Source: Mobula hypostoma
Taxonomy: Eukaryota
Length of the DNA stretch: 64,000 nt
Direction: 5' to 3'
Assembly (NCBI RefSeq): GCF_963921235.1
Contig: NC_086109.1
Coordinates: forward strand, 27,902,001 to 27,966,000
Of this stretch, positions 13,301 through 25,300 are shown piece after piece. Both the position numbers and the translations under genes were made by a program. Positions within the stretch are counted from its first letter, which is position 1. Every line of letters begins with the position of its first letter. The notes beneath the pieces are model-generated. The model was not told the DNA's origin. It made no database searches and was given only the letters and a program-made list of their open reading frames with translations.

Positions 13301-16300
13301 AGAAGAGATAGATACTCATACCATCAGATTGGAGGGCAACCAAATGGAACACGAGGTGTTGCTCTTCCACCCTGAGGGTGGCCTCACCTTGGCACAAGAG
13401 AAGGCCACTGATCAACATGTCAGAACAGAATGGGAACTGGAATCTGAATTGAAATGTTTGGCCACCGAGAAGTTCTGCTTATGGCAGATGGTGTTTAGGC
13501 ACTTGACGAAGTGGTCCCCCAGTTTACGACGGGTCTCACCAATGTAGAGCAGGCCGCATTGGGAGCACTGGACACAAACGACAACCCCAGCAGATCTTCA
13601 GGTGAAGACCTGGAAGGACTGTTTGGGGCCCTGAATGGAGGTGAGGGAGGAAGTGTATGGGCAGGTGTAGCACTTCAGCCGCTTGCAGGGATAAGTGTCA
13701 GGAGGGAGATTAGTGGGGAGGGATGAATGGGCAAGGGAATCGCAGAGGGAGTGATCCCTGTGGAAAGCGAGGGTGGGGGGTGAAGGTAAAGATATGTTAT
13801 GTGGTGGGATCCCTTTGGAGATGGCGGAAGTTTTGGAGGATAATGTGTTGGATGCAGAGGTTGCTGGGGTGGTAAGTAATGGCAAGGGGAACTCTATCAC
13901 TGTTAGTGTGGTGGGAAGATGTGGTGAGCACGAATGTACAGGAGAAGGAGGCGATGCGGGTGAGGACAGCACTGTTCTTTAAAGGAGGAGGACATTTCTG
14001 GAATGGAAAGCTGCATCCTGGAAACAGATGTGATGGAGGTAGAGAAACTGAGAAAAGGATTATTTCTTGGTTAAATATTAATGCTTATTTGGGTTGAAAG
14101 TTTTATGATCTTACAAAATAACGTTTTCTTCACCAGAGGGAGAGTTCTGAGGAGTTCATGCTGTTCCCTGCTCTGTAAGCATTCAAGTACAATGTACCAG
14201 CCATTTCAAACTCAAATGCAGTCCTATGTCAGCCTTTTTGTGTTGAGAGTTGACAAACTATAATCTGCTCGATACAAATGCTGCTGATATAGCAAAATCA
14301 ATTGGGAAATTACAGCATTTAATGTCATAACCTCATCATTATTCTTCTAATAATTACCAAATAATCTATTTATTTATTGAGACATAGTGAGGAGTAAGTC
14401 CTCCTAGCCCTTTAAACCATGCTGCCCAACAACCCCTGATTTAACCCCAGCCTAATCATGGGACAATTTACTATGACCAATTAAACTACTGAAGCTATCT
14501 TGAACATATAGAAGCAAAGTGCCTTTGTAGTTTATATGTCATGAAGCTAGATGCTAATCTAAGCAACAAGGGTGAAATTACTGAGATTGAGTGAAAAGAG
14601 CAAAAGCTTGATTCTAGTCCTAAAACTTGTTTGCAACTTTTAATGTTAACGATGTAAAAACAGAGTTTCTCTGGATATTTTTATTTAGTTGTCTACCCTG
14701 TTCAGGAGGCACATAATACACTCTGCTATGGCAATTCTCATGTAAAGGAGTTAACAATCATGGAAACAAAAACACCAAATGGATGGAATAAAGAATATTC
14801 AAATAAAATGTTACTTGGCATACCTACTGACAGCATGGTGACTGAGACAAGTAAAGACAGAGCCAACATTGCAGGGGAGAAAAGAACACAGAGTGACAAA
14901 ATTAATGTTATTGTCATAGGCAAACATAGAGAACATCAACAAGGAACACGTGGAATGAATCTATTCCATTAACAGATTGGAAAGATAATGCAAAATTCAT
15001 GGGTCTGGAAGACAAATGTAGAGCAATGACCACTTTTCTTCAATTATGCTCCCAGAGAGGACCTACAGAAATGAGATGTTAGAAGTACAACCATTGACTG
15101 TGGTCATTCGAATTTTATCTGGACGTCATTTTGGTCAAATAATCTTTAGGACATTTTATATAATAAAAACAAATCCCAAACCAAGCTTGAGTATGAAAAG
15201 ATCATTGATCTGATATTCTTGTGGAACCACAGAAGCATTAATAAACAAAGGATTTTAAACTAAAGGGTAAAGAGTGTTGTTTGTCAGAACACTGGACAAT
15301 AGTATCAGGTGTAGCTAGAGGGAATATACTCGCAGGCTCACTACTTAAAACATCATCTGAAATGAATGGGTAAAATGTGATGCTGATAGAGAAAGTTGTA
15401 TTTTTATTTTCTTCATCAAATTTAAGTTATACTCAGTATAATTTAAGAACATAAAGGATAAAGACAATGTGACTTTACTGCTTTGGGTACAAAAAAAAGG
15501 ACTGGTAACAGAAAATATTGGAAACACTGTATAGGTCAGACTGCATTCACTCAGGTAACACACACAAAATGCCTGAGGAACTCAGCAGGCCAGGCAGCAC
15601 CAGGAAATCCTGATGAAGGATCTCGGCCCCAAATAGTGACTGTTTACTCTTTTCCATGGATGTTGCCTGACCTGTTCAGTTCCTCCAACATTTTGTGTAC
15701 GTGTTGCTTGGATTTCTGCAGATTGCTCAGGTAATTGTTTTGCTCTTAAGAAAAGCAGTGATTACTATATATGTTACTCTAAAATGGTATTTGAATTTCG
15801 AATTGCCATCACTTTGCTGATATATTATGGTTGGGAGAAACTGCTGATCAGTTAAATGTTCTTTTTTCTGCTCACCTATGCAGATAACACAAAGATCAAA
15901 ACACTTTCTAAACCACATATTTATTACTGATTAGATAATTTGTCACCAAAGCTGTTGGTGCAATCAATCTTTTAAGCCTATAGCAAATTTTCTGTTAATG
16001 TATTAGACATAGAGAGCAAGTTATATTTGCGTGAGCATACCTGCCAGAAGCATGGGGACAACCAGAAGTATCATTAGCATTCCTTCGGGTTCAACTGTCC
16101 TTAAGGAACAGAGCATAAATTTTCATTTTCTGTACTTGCTCACAGTTTAGTCCAGGACTAGTGAACCATTGGGGCTCATTGCTACGGATTCATTCTAGGT
16201 TTATTCTTCAATTTACTATTGGATCATTGAATAATTTAGAATGAAGAATCACCGGAAAATCTTTTTAAAAAAATAACAGGTGCATTATCCTGGATCAAGA

Positions 16301-19300
16301 TTCTGATCTGAAACAATGGCTGGGTATCTCTCTCCAAAGATCTGCCTGACTTCATTTTTAAAAAATTATTCAAGAATAATGATCTCCGCCCTTTACCACT
16401 TTAAGAGTGTCACAATTTAAAATGGAATTAAATTCTGGGTTTCCTTCCTGAAAAAAAAAGCACCTCATCACATATTTTCTCTCTGAAATCAAGGAAATTT
16501 TCTGAAATGATTAGCTCTGCCTTTACTATATAAATGTATTAAGTTGGTATATGACAATATTATTGTAATAATATTACTGGAGCATCAGCATAAAAATATT
16601 TATATTATAAATTGCATTATTTATTTCTGAAAGGAACATTCCTATATTTGTTAACATTTCGACAGTAAAACTTAATAATTTACTATCATATTGTGATAGT
16701 GAAACCCAAACCATTTTCCCTTTATGACAAATCAATCCATGAAAATGGAAACGGACAGGGTAAATTTCTGGATTAGCTTGTTAATTTTCACAATAATTAC
16801 AATTTTTAATAATTCATTATCAAAGTAAAGCCAGTATAAATACCTTCTACATGCACTTACTTGTCGTGTGCAGGATATGTCTGAAGCTGAGTATTGCTAA
16901 GTCGAGAGAACACATTCCTATCATTACGAGCGCGAGTAGGCGGGGAGGAAGGGGGAGTTACAGTAATATCAGAAGACCTCCAATCAGACCTGCGAGGATC
17001 AATGGATTTTTTCGGAATTTAGTATAAAAAATCACTGATATATATTAAATATTATTCCTTTTCTCAACATCATGTTATGAGCAGTAAATTATAAAATTTG
17101 TAAGGGAATACAAAGCCTTTAGCAGAAAAGCATAAATCAGCTGCTTTTTTGAGAAATTTATTAATTAATTACTATAACTATCAGTAACAAAATTGCAGAG
17201 ATTTTCAAATTCTTAAATGCTAATTCGTAAAATGGAAACAACTCATAGTGATCTGAAATACAAGAGTGTTTCATTCCAATTCAAATTGATCCAAACTGGC
17301 TAAATTATGTGTTATGTTCCCATGCTTTCACTTGAAACTTTTTAAAGGCCCATCACACAATGGCTCAGATAATTATCGAAAAATATCTAATACACTAGCT
17401 TCGAATTTTATTCAACACCATCCCTGGCATACATTTTTACAATGCATTTACAGAACAAATGAAGCACATTTTGCATTCATCATGACTGCAGTGAAAATGC
17501 AGTCCAAATCTGACTAGAATAACTTACCTGACATAAAAGAACAATGAAAATCCCCAAATATATGGGGAGTGAATGATAAGTTCATGGCCTAAGGTAGAAT
17601 GAGTCAATTTTAGAAAACTTAGCACATTTATTTTTCAACATAGTTCCCCCCCCCCACCCCCCTACATTTACACACTTAGTCCAGCGGTCATGGAGCATAC
17701 AGATCCCTTCTTTGTAGAAGTCAGTGTCTTGGACCTCCAGAAAGTGGTCCACAGCAGGGGTGATTGATAAGTTCATGACCTAAGGTAGAAGGAGATGAGT
17801 TATACAGCTCTCGTTACATGCACATGCAGTTCAACTCTTTGAGTGATTATGCAGAAAGTTTGCAGTTAATAACTCATCTTCTTCTACCTTAGGCCATGAA
17901 TTTATCAATCACCCCTGCTGCGGACCACTTTCTGGAAGTCCAAGACGCCGACTTCTACAAAGAAGGGATCCGTATGCTCCACGACCGCTGGACTAAGTGT
18001 GTAAATGTCGGAGGGGACTCTGTTGAAAAATAAATGTGCTAGGTTTTCTAAAGTTGACTCCTTCTACCTTAGGCCACGAACTTATCAATCACCCCTCATA
18101 TATAGCTATTATAGCCAATCATAGCTTGTTCAATGACTTAACAATAAAAAAAACAAATGAACATGAATGGTCAATTCCATAAATTCTGCAGGTTTACACA
18201 GTATCTTCTGCTGCAGTTATTGAACAAACTAAATCTGCAGTGCAACTGCACCATTACACTTCAATAATCATTTGTAATAAGCATATACATTTAATTATTA
18301 CACACATAGGCAATAAAATAAGAACATTTGTGCAGCTTATGAAATAGTGAGTATGTGTCATTAAGATTTAGTGAAGTAAAACAAAGGGCCAGTATTTTTA
18401 TTAGTGACATGAGGTCTCAGGTTGTAATGAATATGATTAGAGTGTTTCTGACACTACAATATATGTGAAACAAGGCAAATGGTGTGAAACAGCCTGCAAT
18501 TTCCATGGCTGATTCAGCCCTTGGGAGGCATAATGTGATCCAATTCTCCAACCATCTGTCTACTAATATTTCAAGATGCTGTTTAAAACCAGAAAAAAAA
18601 TCAGAACAATCCCTGTCACAACATATGTAGGTTAAAATAGGGCATGTAACAGCTAATGTGAGATCTCAAAACAACTGTAAAATTTTATGTGGTAGCTATT
18701 TAAAATTGTAAGGTAATTTCTGATAAATATCCATTTCAAAGTGCATTAATAGCTTTCTGTTTATCCTTTGCACCCTATCATGCTCATTGCAAGATTCAAG
18801 ATTGCTTAATGTCATTTCCAGTACACAAGTGTAAAGGAGAATGACACACAATCCAGTCAAAGTCACCATGATGTGTCCCGCACTCCACTTGCTCAGATAA
18901 TGAGCATCAGCAAGGTCCTATGACAATGTGGAAGTTGTAGATTCCATGATATTAATCTCCTTCCACAAATGGGCTGGATTATTTGAACTACTCCTGTTCT
19001 CAGCTTCTAGGTCCTCCATCTCAACCAGTCTCAAGATTTCTCTTGGTTGTTCCTGGAAATGACCATCTATCTATCCAATTCCAGTTCCCGAACTGTAGTA
19101 GAGCCCATGACCCATATAAATCGTGAGACACAAGAGACTACAAATGCTAGAATCTGGAGCGACATACAAAATACTGAATGAACTCAATGCGTCAGGCAGC
19201 ATCTATGGAGGAATATAGGCAGTGGACGTTTAGGAGGTGTTGCAGCCATACAGATCACTCAGATGATCTGATCAGATGATCAATGAATTGCAATGCACCA

Positions 19301-22300
19301 AGGGATGCATATTGAATAACAAATGATTGTTACCAACGTACAATATTCCAGATATGACTTAATGGCATATTTTAAAATGTATAAAATCTATTCATTTGCT
19401 TTAAGCCATATTCTCCCATTAACCACTATGCCCTTGAGATTTACAAATAACTCTAATTAATATAGTAGTGGATTTCTACAATTTTGTTGGTTTCTCTGCA
19501 ATCTTTTGAAGTTCCTCCTGCAGCTATATTGCACATTTAGTATCAGTAATTTAAAGTGGATCTCTTCTACATAAGCTTGTATAAGTACCACAGCATTATA
19601 TAGTGAAGTTTCAATAATTATTTATCCTTTACCTTACACAGAGGTAATCTATAATTTATCAAAATTTGGACTTTGTTAATATTAACCTGGATTTGTCAGC
19701 TGAGATCTGTACTTTCTCATACGATTTTCTCCTTGAGAGTGGTGATGTATCAGGCAGCTTCTTAGCAGATTGCCTGGGACTGTGGAGAGAAGAGATTATT
19801 AGATAGTTACCAATGGATACCTTATGACACAACTTTACACATGGAAAACTAGTGGCAAATGCAATACATGAAAAGTGAATCCATGAGGTACGAATAAAGG
19901 ATTGGTGATAATTAGAACAGGGACAAAGCATTCTTTTTATAAATGGATGCAACATATAAGGGCAAGCACCATAAAAGTAATGCAGGGCTTGTCCAAGCTA
20001 TTAAGTTTAATTACTTTCAAAGGGGAATGTTACACACATATTATACACGTACCCTGTTTTACTCTACATTACGATGAAGTAAAATTAAAAAACACAATCC
20101 ATCTACCTGTGCTAAATACTTCAGTGAAAGCTGACGACCCTAAGTGAATGGGGCTGGACTATATAACAACGGCTAGCATAAAGTAAAGTGGCCAGTTGCA
20201 CGATGCAATCTCAATTTCTGTGTGCTTCACTGCTAGTTCAAAATAGCCAGTGGTTTCATCACTCTGCCTTTAAGTAAAGAAGTCTGCACAGGACCATTCT
20301 GGTAGAATTCTGTGGCATTCTGAAATACAGGTTTCCCCCGCCATCTGAAGGTAGAGCGTTCCTATGAAACGGTTTATAAGCCGAAATGCCGTAAAGCGAA
20401 AAAGCAATTACCATTTATTTATATGGGAAAATTTTGTGAGTATTCGCAGACCCAAAAATAACCTACCAAATCATGCCAAATAACACATAAAACCTAAAAT
20501 AACAGTAACATATAGTAAAAGCAGGAATGATATGATAAATACACAGCCTATATAAAGTAGAAATACTTCTCTACAACGATTGCCTGCGCAGATCTCCGTA
20601 GTGAAAATCTCACGGAACCGCTGTCTGCAGAAAACCTCACGCAAGCACTGTTGGCGTAAACACGCTCTCCAGTAACCTTTAAACTACGAAGCTGCCAAAT
20701 CTACCAAATAACACGTAAAAATACACAGCCTATATAAAGTAGAAGTAATGTACGTACAGTGTAGTATCACTTACGGGAATCGGGAAGACAGCTTGCCGAG
20801 CAAACTGATGATGGTGTGTTATACGGAGTCATCGCAGGCTGGGTGGCACAGTGGCCCCCACCCTCCAGGCCGCCGACCCAATACATTGCCGCGAAGAACG
20901 CAGCAGTAGCCGGGAGGTACACAGCACATCGTTAAGAAAAAAGCCGAAATAAACATGCTAATTAATTAGGTGCCGCCGACACGTAATTGTCGGCCCAGAT
21001 CAGAGGCGATGCAATCGGAAATCGGCACTGATCTGGGCCGACAATTTTACGTGTCGGCGGCACCTAATTAATTAGCATGTTTCTTTCGGCCTTTTTCTTA
21101 AAGATGTGCTGTGTGCCTCCCGGCTACTGCTGCGTTCTTCGCGAATCGGTACAGTATCTGTCCGGGGCCTGGGTGCTGGGGTGGTGGGACATGGGGGTGT
21201 CATCTCATCGTTGATCAGGGCAGGCAGCTCATCTTCTCCTATGACTGCCCGCCTCAATGTTGAAGGTCGAGGTTCGTCATCTGCTGTGGCTGATGTGGAA
21301 GGCTTGCTTGACTGCTGAGCCTCGTGCATTTTTCTATCATACAGTTGTTTGTAAGCACTCAAACCATCCTGCAAATATTCCCTAAACCTACGTACCCTTT
21401 CAAGATTAAAGTCGTACTTTATTATTGCAGTGAAAATCTCACGTATTTGCTTCACTTTCTGCACTCGGTTTCGATTGTTATCCTTTCCTCTTCCAATTGC
21501 ATCAGCTCTTCATCTATCAGTTCTTGATCATTGGGATGCCAAAACCTCTTCAACATCATCTTCGTCAACTTCCACAAGCCTAACTCACCTTGTCCTTGCT
21601 TCGTTCACCACGATCGAAACGCTTAATTATGTCTAGTTTTACGCTAAGTGTAACACCCTTACGAGCTCTTTCAGGCTTTTCCGACACCTTAGAACTCATC
21701 TTGCTAACGGCTGCTCAATGCAACGTGTTTCAGCAATGCCGTTCCGAATCTGGGGCAGAGCGGCTGCTCGGGGCGCGCGCTGCCTTTCTTCGTAACAGTG
21801 AAAACACCTTCTGAAAGTGAAAACAGGGTACTAATGTAGGTAACATACATCAAAGTTGCTGGTGAACGCAGCAGGCCAGGCAGCATCTATAGGAACAGGC
21901 GCAGTCGACGTTTCGCCGTTTCAGGCCGAGACCCTTCGTCAGGACTAACTGAAGGAAGAGAGATGTAGGTCTTTCGTAACAGTGAAGTTTCGTAAAGCGA
22001 ACGTTCGAAAAGCGGGGGACACCTGTATATACACACAAATAGCACCCTGAAACTCCCCCAGATTCTACCAAGTGAGAGTCTGTATCTTTGAGATATTTCC
22101 TATGATGGAAAACAACTTCCTATTGCAAGGCAAGTTTAGTATATTAACTCACAAAGTGTTCCCAGATCTGGGTTGAAAAGCAATGGATTCTTTATCCTTT
22201 GGGTTCCGGATAAGGACGTCAGCAGTCTTGGTGCCATTTTCTTTTATGTCAGCAACTCTGAACAGTCCTGGAGTAGACAGGTCCAGAGCAGAACCATAAC

Positions 22301-25300
22301 CTTCTCGATAATGTAGCTCCAATTTCTGTTCAGTCTGTAAGTCAACGATCAAAGGTGTAAAGTCACTTCAAGAATTAAAGTACAAAGAGGAAAATATCTG
22401 TCTGCAGTTGTCTGAACTAAACATGTGAGGACTAATTATAACCACTTTAGTATATATGGGTCCAGTGCCATCAATATATATTTTTACATGACTAGTCATT
22501 GATGAATACACAAGTTAACAGTACCAGAGACTAAAAGGTTAATTCCTCTCAAATATGTCTTAGGAATAAAATTAATGGCAGCAATAACACAATAGTACCA
22601 TTGTAAAGACCTGCCTGACATCATCTACACAAGATAAAATTAGCACAGGAATTTAGAAATACTTTGCACTTATTTTCCTTTTCTGGACTTCTTTTAAGCA
22701 CGGTTTAAAAATAAAAAGTGCGATTATCAATCTATTTATAATCAGATAATGGTAGTTATATATTTTGCTTTTGAATAAAACAGTTGCCAGGAGAAGTATG
22801 ACACACATGTATTCTTTATTAAACAAAATACAAAACAGAATTCTCAACTTATTACCGAAAGTGGAATACAAAAGAAGCCTTTCTTGGTAGAGAATAAAGT
22901 ATGACAAATGGATGGAGTGCCTCAAAATAGTAACAGTATAGTAACAAAATAGTAATAGTGCAGTGTCCAATGCCAAACACGATACTTCCAATATATTGAG
23001 AAGATACACAATTATCTTGTTTACTGCTACCTTGCTCATTCATTACAAATACCTGCAGTCCTGTTGACAGGCCTGGAGTTCTAGCACTTAGAGGCCTGTA
23101 CAGATGTCTCACTGGGTAAGGAAGTTCACCCTTAAAATCAAGTTACAACCAAGAGAAGGGGAGGTAGCGCTTTTCATCATATCTAACAGAAGGTGGTGTG
23201 AGACTGCTGGATTCTGTGAACACAGGGAGCAGAGCGCTAACAGGCCACATTCACCATGCAGGTCAGGAGGCCCCACATTTCAGAAGTTAGTAAGCACACC
23301 ACTCATCCCACTTTGTCCAATACCAACCCTCACAGGCAGGTAATACATTTACCCTTGTTGACTCATTTCACACTAAGCCACTAATACAGGAGTGCCAGTG
23401 AGAGCTAAGGCCTCAACCAGGTTCTTGGCACATCAACAAATGGGAGCGGGGAAGTGGTTCATCTCGGGTTACTGACACAGCAGTGCAATCAATAAGGAAG
23501 TCTATATTTAACTATTAGTGCTCCTGATTTTGACAGCAGAGTGCTATGTGAGATGCCAGCGTAATTTCCTCTTGGAAAACTCAATATACAGGCATGGCAC
23601 ATCGCTAATATAAATGGATTTACCTTTATCCTGAAATCTCCTTGGCTCAGGGAATGCTTTGAGTAAGAACTAGATGTTAAACTGGAAAGAGAAAGTATAA
23701 ATGTTATTGTAATTAGCTTCTAAATTACAGACTCAAATTACTTTGAGATAGAAAGATTAATCTTATACCACAAATCTCAATCGTTATTTTAACATATTAA
23801 AAATACTTCAAGACAGTTACTCTAAAAATTACAACATTAAAAAATAGGTTTCAAAAAGTTGTGCTACATGAGGTATAAAAAAGCTTCCTACTGACAAATC
23901 ATTGCTTGATTGGTTTTAATTTCACCCGATGCAGTGTTAAAGAATGGAATTTCATCATTTTAATCCTTTGTGCAGTGTTAGGTGTAAGATCTTTTGGCTC
24001 GAAAGGCAGAAGCAGGTTGATTTTAGAAACAAAACAAAATCAGGATAAGACAACAGGCAAGCCATGTGTGGTTGAGAGGGCAACACAATGTCTGCAGTGA
24101 ATCAAGACCAGTTTCTGACAAGGAACATCATAAGGAGACAATATGAAGAATCACTGGGTAAACTTCAGGAGGTTGCTCTGGCTGTCATTTTACACGTTTC
24201 CTCAGCCCACTAATCACCTCAGAATCCTTTCTTGCCTCTCCCCTTCCCCCACTCTCTGCTGACAATCTCGCCTGTCCTCTCTCAGTCCTGATACATGGTT
24301 TGACCTGAAGCGCCAACAATGCCTTTCCTCTCCCAGATGCTGCTCGACCCACTGAGTTCCTCTAGAAGATTTTTGCTCCAGACTTCAGTCTATTTTGTCT
24401 CCAATGTTGGCATTGAGGATATTGACAATGATGACCTGCGGACATCTCAACTTCAGATCTCCCTAGCTCGGTGTTTTGAGATTTTGAGAAACATGGGGTG
24501 TAAAATTTGTTCTATACTTCGTCACATCTCAAAGAGGGCTGCAGGGGATCAGGATGGAGTTGAAATGATGAAGAAAGTGCACGGAATAAGAGAAACTCCA
24601 GTAAATGTTACATATAATTGCTAGCTGAGAGGAAATGCTGAAAAAATCCATGCGGAGATTAGCTAGAACAATGACCAGAGTGGTTTAGAGAGGGAGCAGG
24701 TAGAGGCCAAAGGATACACAAATAAAGTTTGGTAGCATAATGATGTAGTATGATAATCAGTAATTAAGGGAATAAGTACATCATTTTAAAACAAGTTTAG
24801 GTCTCATAACAATACCGTATTGAATGTATATTGAAGTAGCAGAGGATGGGAAAATCCACTTGTTGCAATTTTACTTTGGGTCTAACAAAAATAACTAAGA
24901 GTAAGAAAGTGATACTGTTTGGAGTACCAGCAGCACCAAAGGAAATAGCGTATAAAAGAACATACAAGAGTTATAAACCTGGATTTCTCCTGTCTGTGGG
25001 AAGATGATTCTCAGGGTTGTATACTGCATACATACTTCAATAATATACTGTATGTACTTTAAATTTTTGAATCTTGATATACATGCAAAATTTCTGTGAA
25101 AGGTACCAATATTGGGCACTATGCTTTTGAAAGGATTTTTGTCTGAGGTTAGTTTCCCAGTTGAAAAGAAAAATAGGACAATCATCAGGGTTATATCAGT
25201 TGTTTATTTTAAATACAAATAGATAAAACTAAAGCATTGTGATCGAGGACAAAGGAAAGTACTCAGCTCAATTCTAACCAGTAACCTTCTAGATGTGTAT

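Larger units (their letters stand above)
20328..22025 (-). mobile_element. Internally deleted Tigger/pogo-type DNA transposon
   Basis: TIRs caggtttcccccgc and gcgggggacacctg, both TA-flanked; minus-strand remnants [32 protein letters not shown] (CENP-B-type HTH), [13 protein letters not shown]...EELMQLEEE and [10 protein letters not shown]...YKQLY. Confidence 0.88.

Noticed and set aside
16041..16099. Exon-like segment with a good donor (cag|gtatgc) between the 129-nt exon and the microexon
   Set aside because: The available acceptors give a frameshift (59 nt), an immediate stop (54 nt) or lack a pyrimidine tract (42 nt); no recognisable homology
22653..23039. 128-aa hydrophobic ORF, and most other short ORFs in the supplied track
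   Set aside because: AT-rich intronic sequence, antisense shadows of exons or transposon frames; no motifs or gene structure
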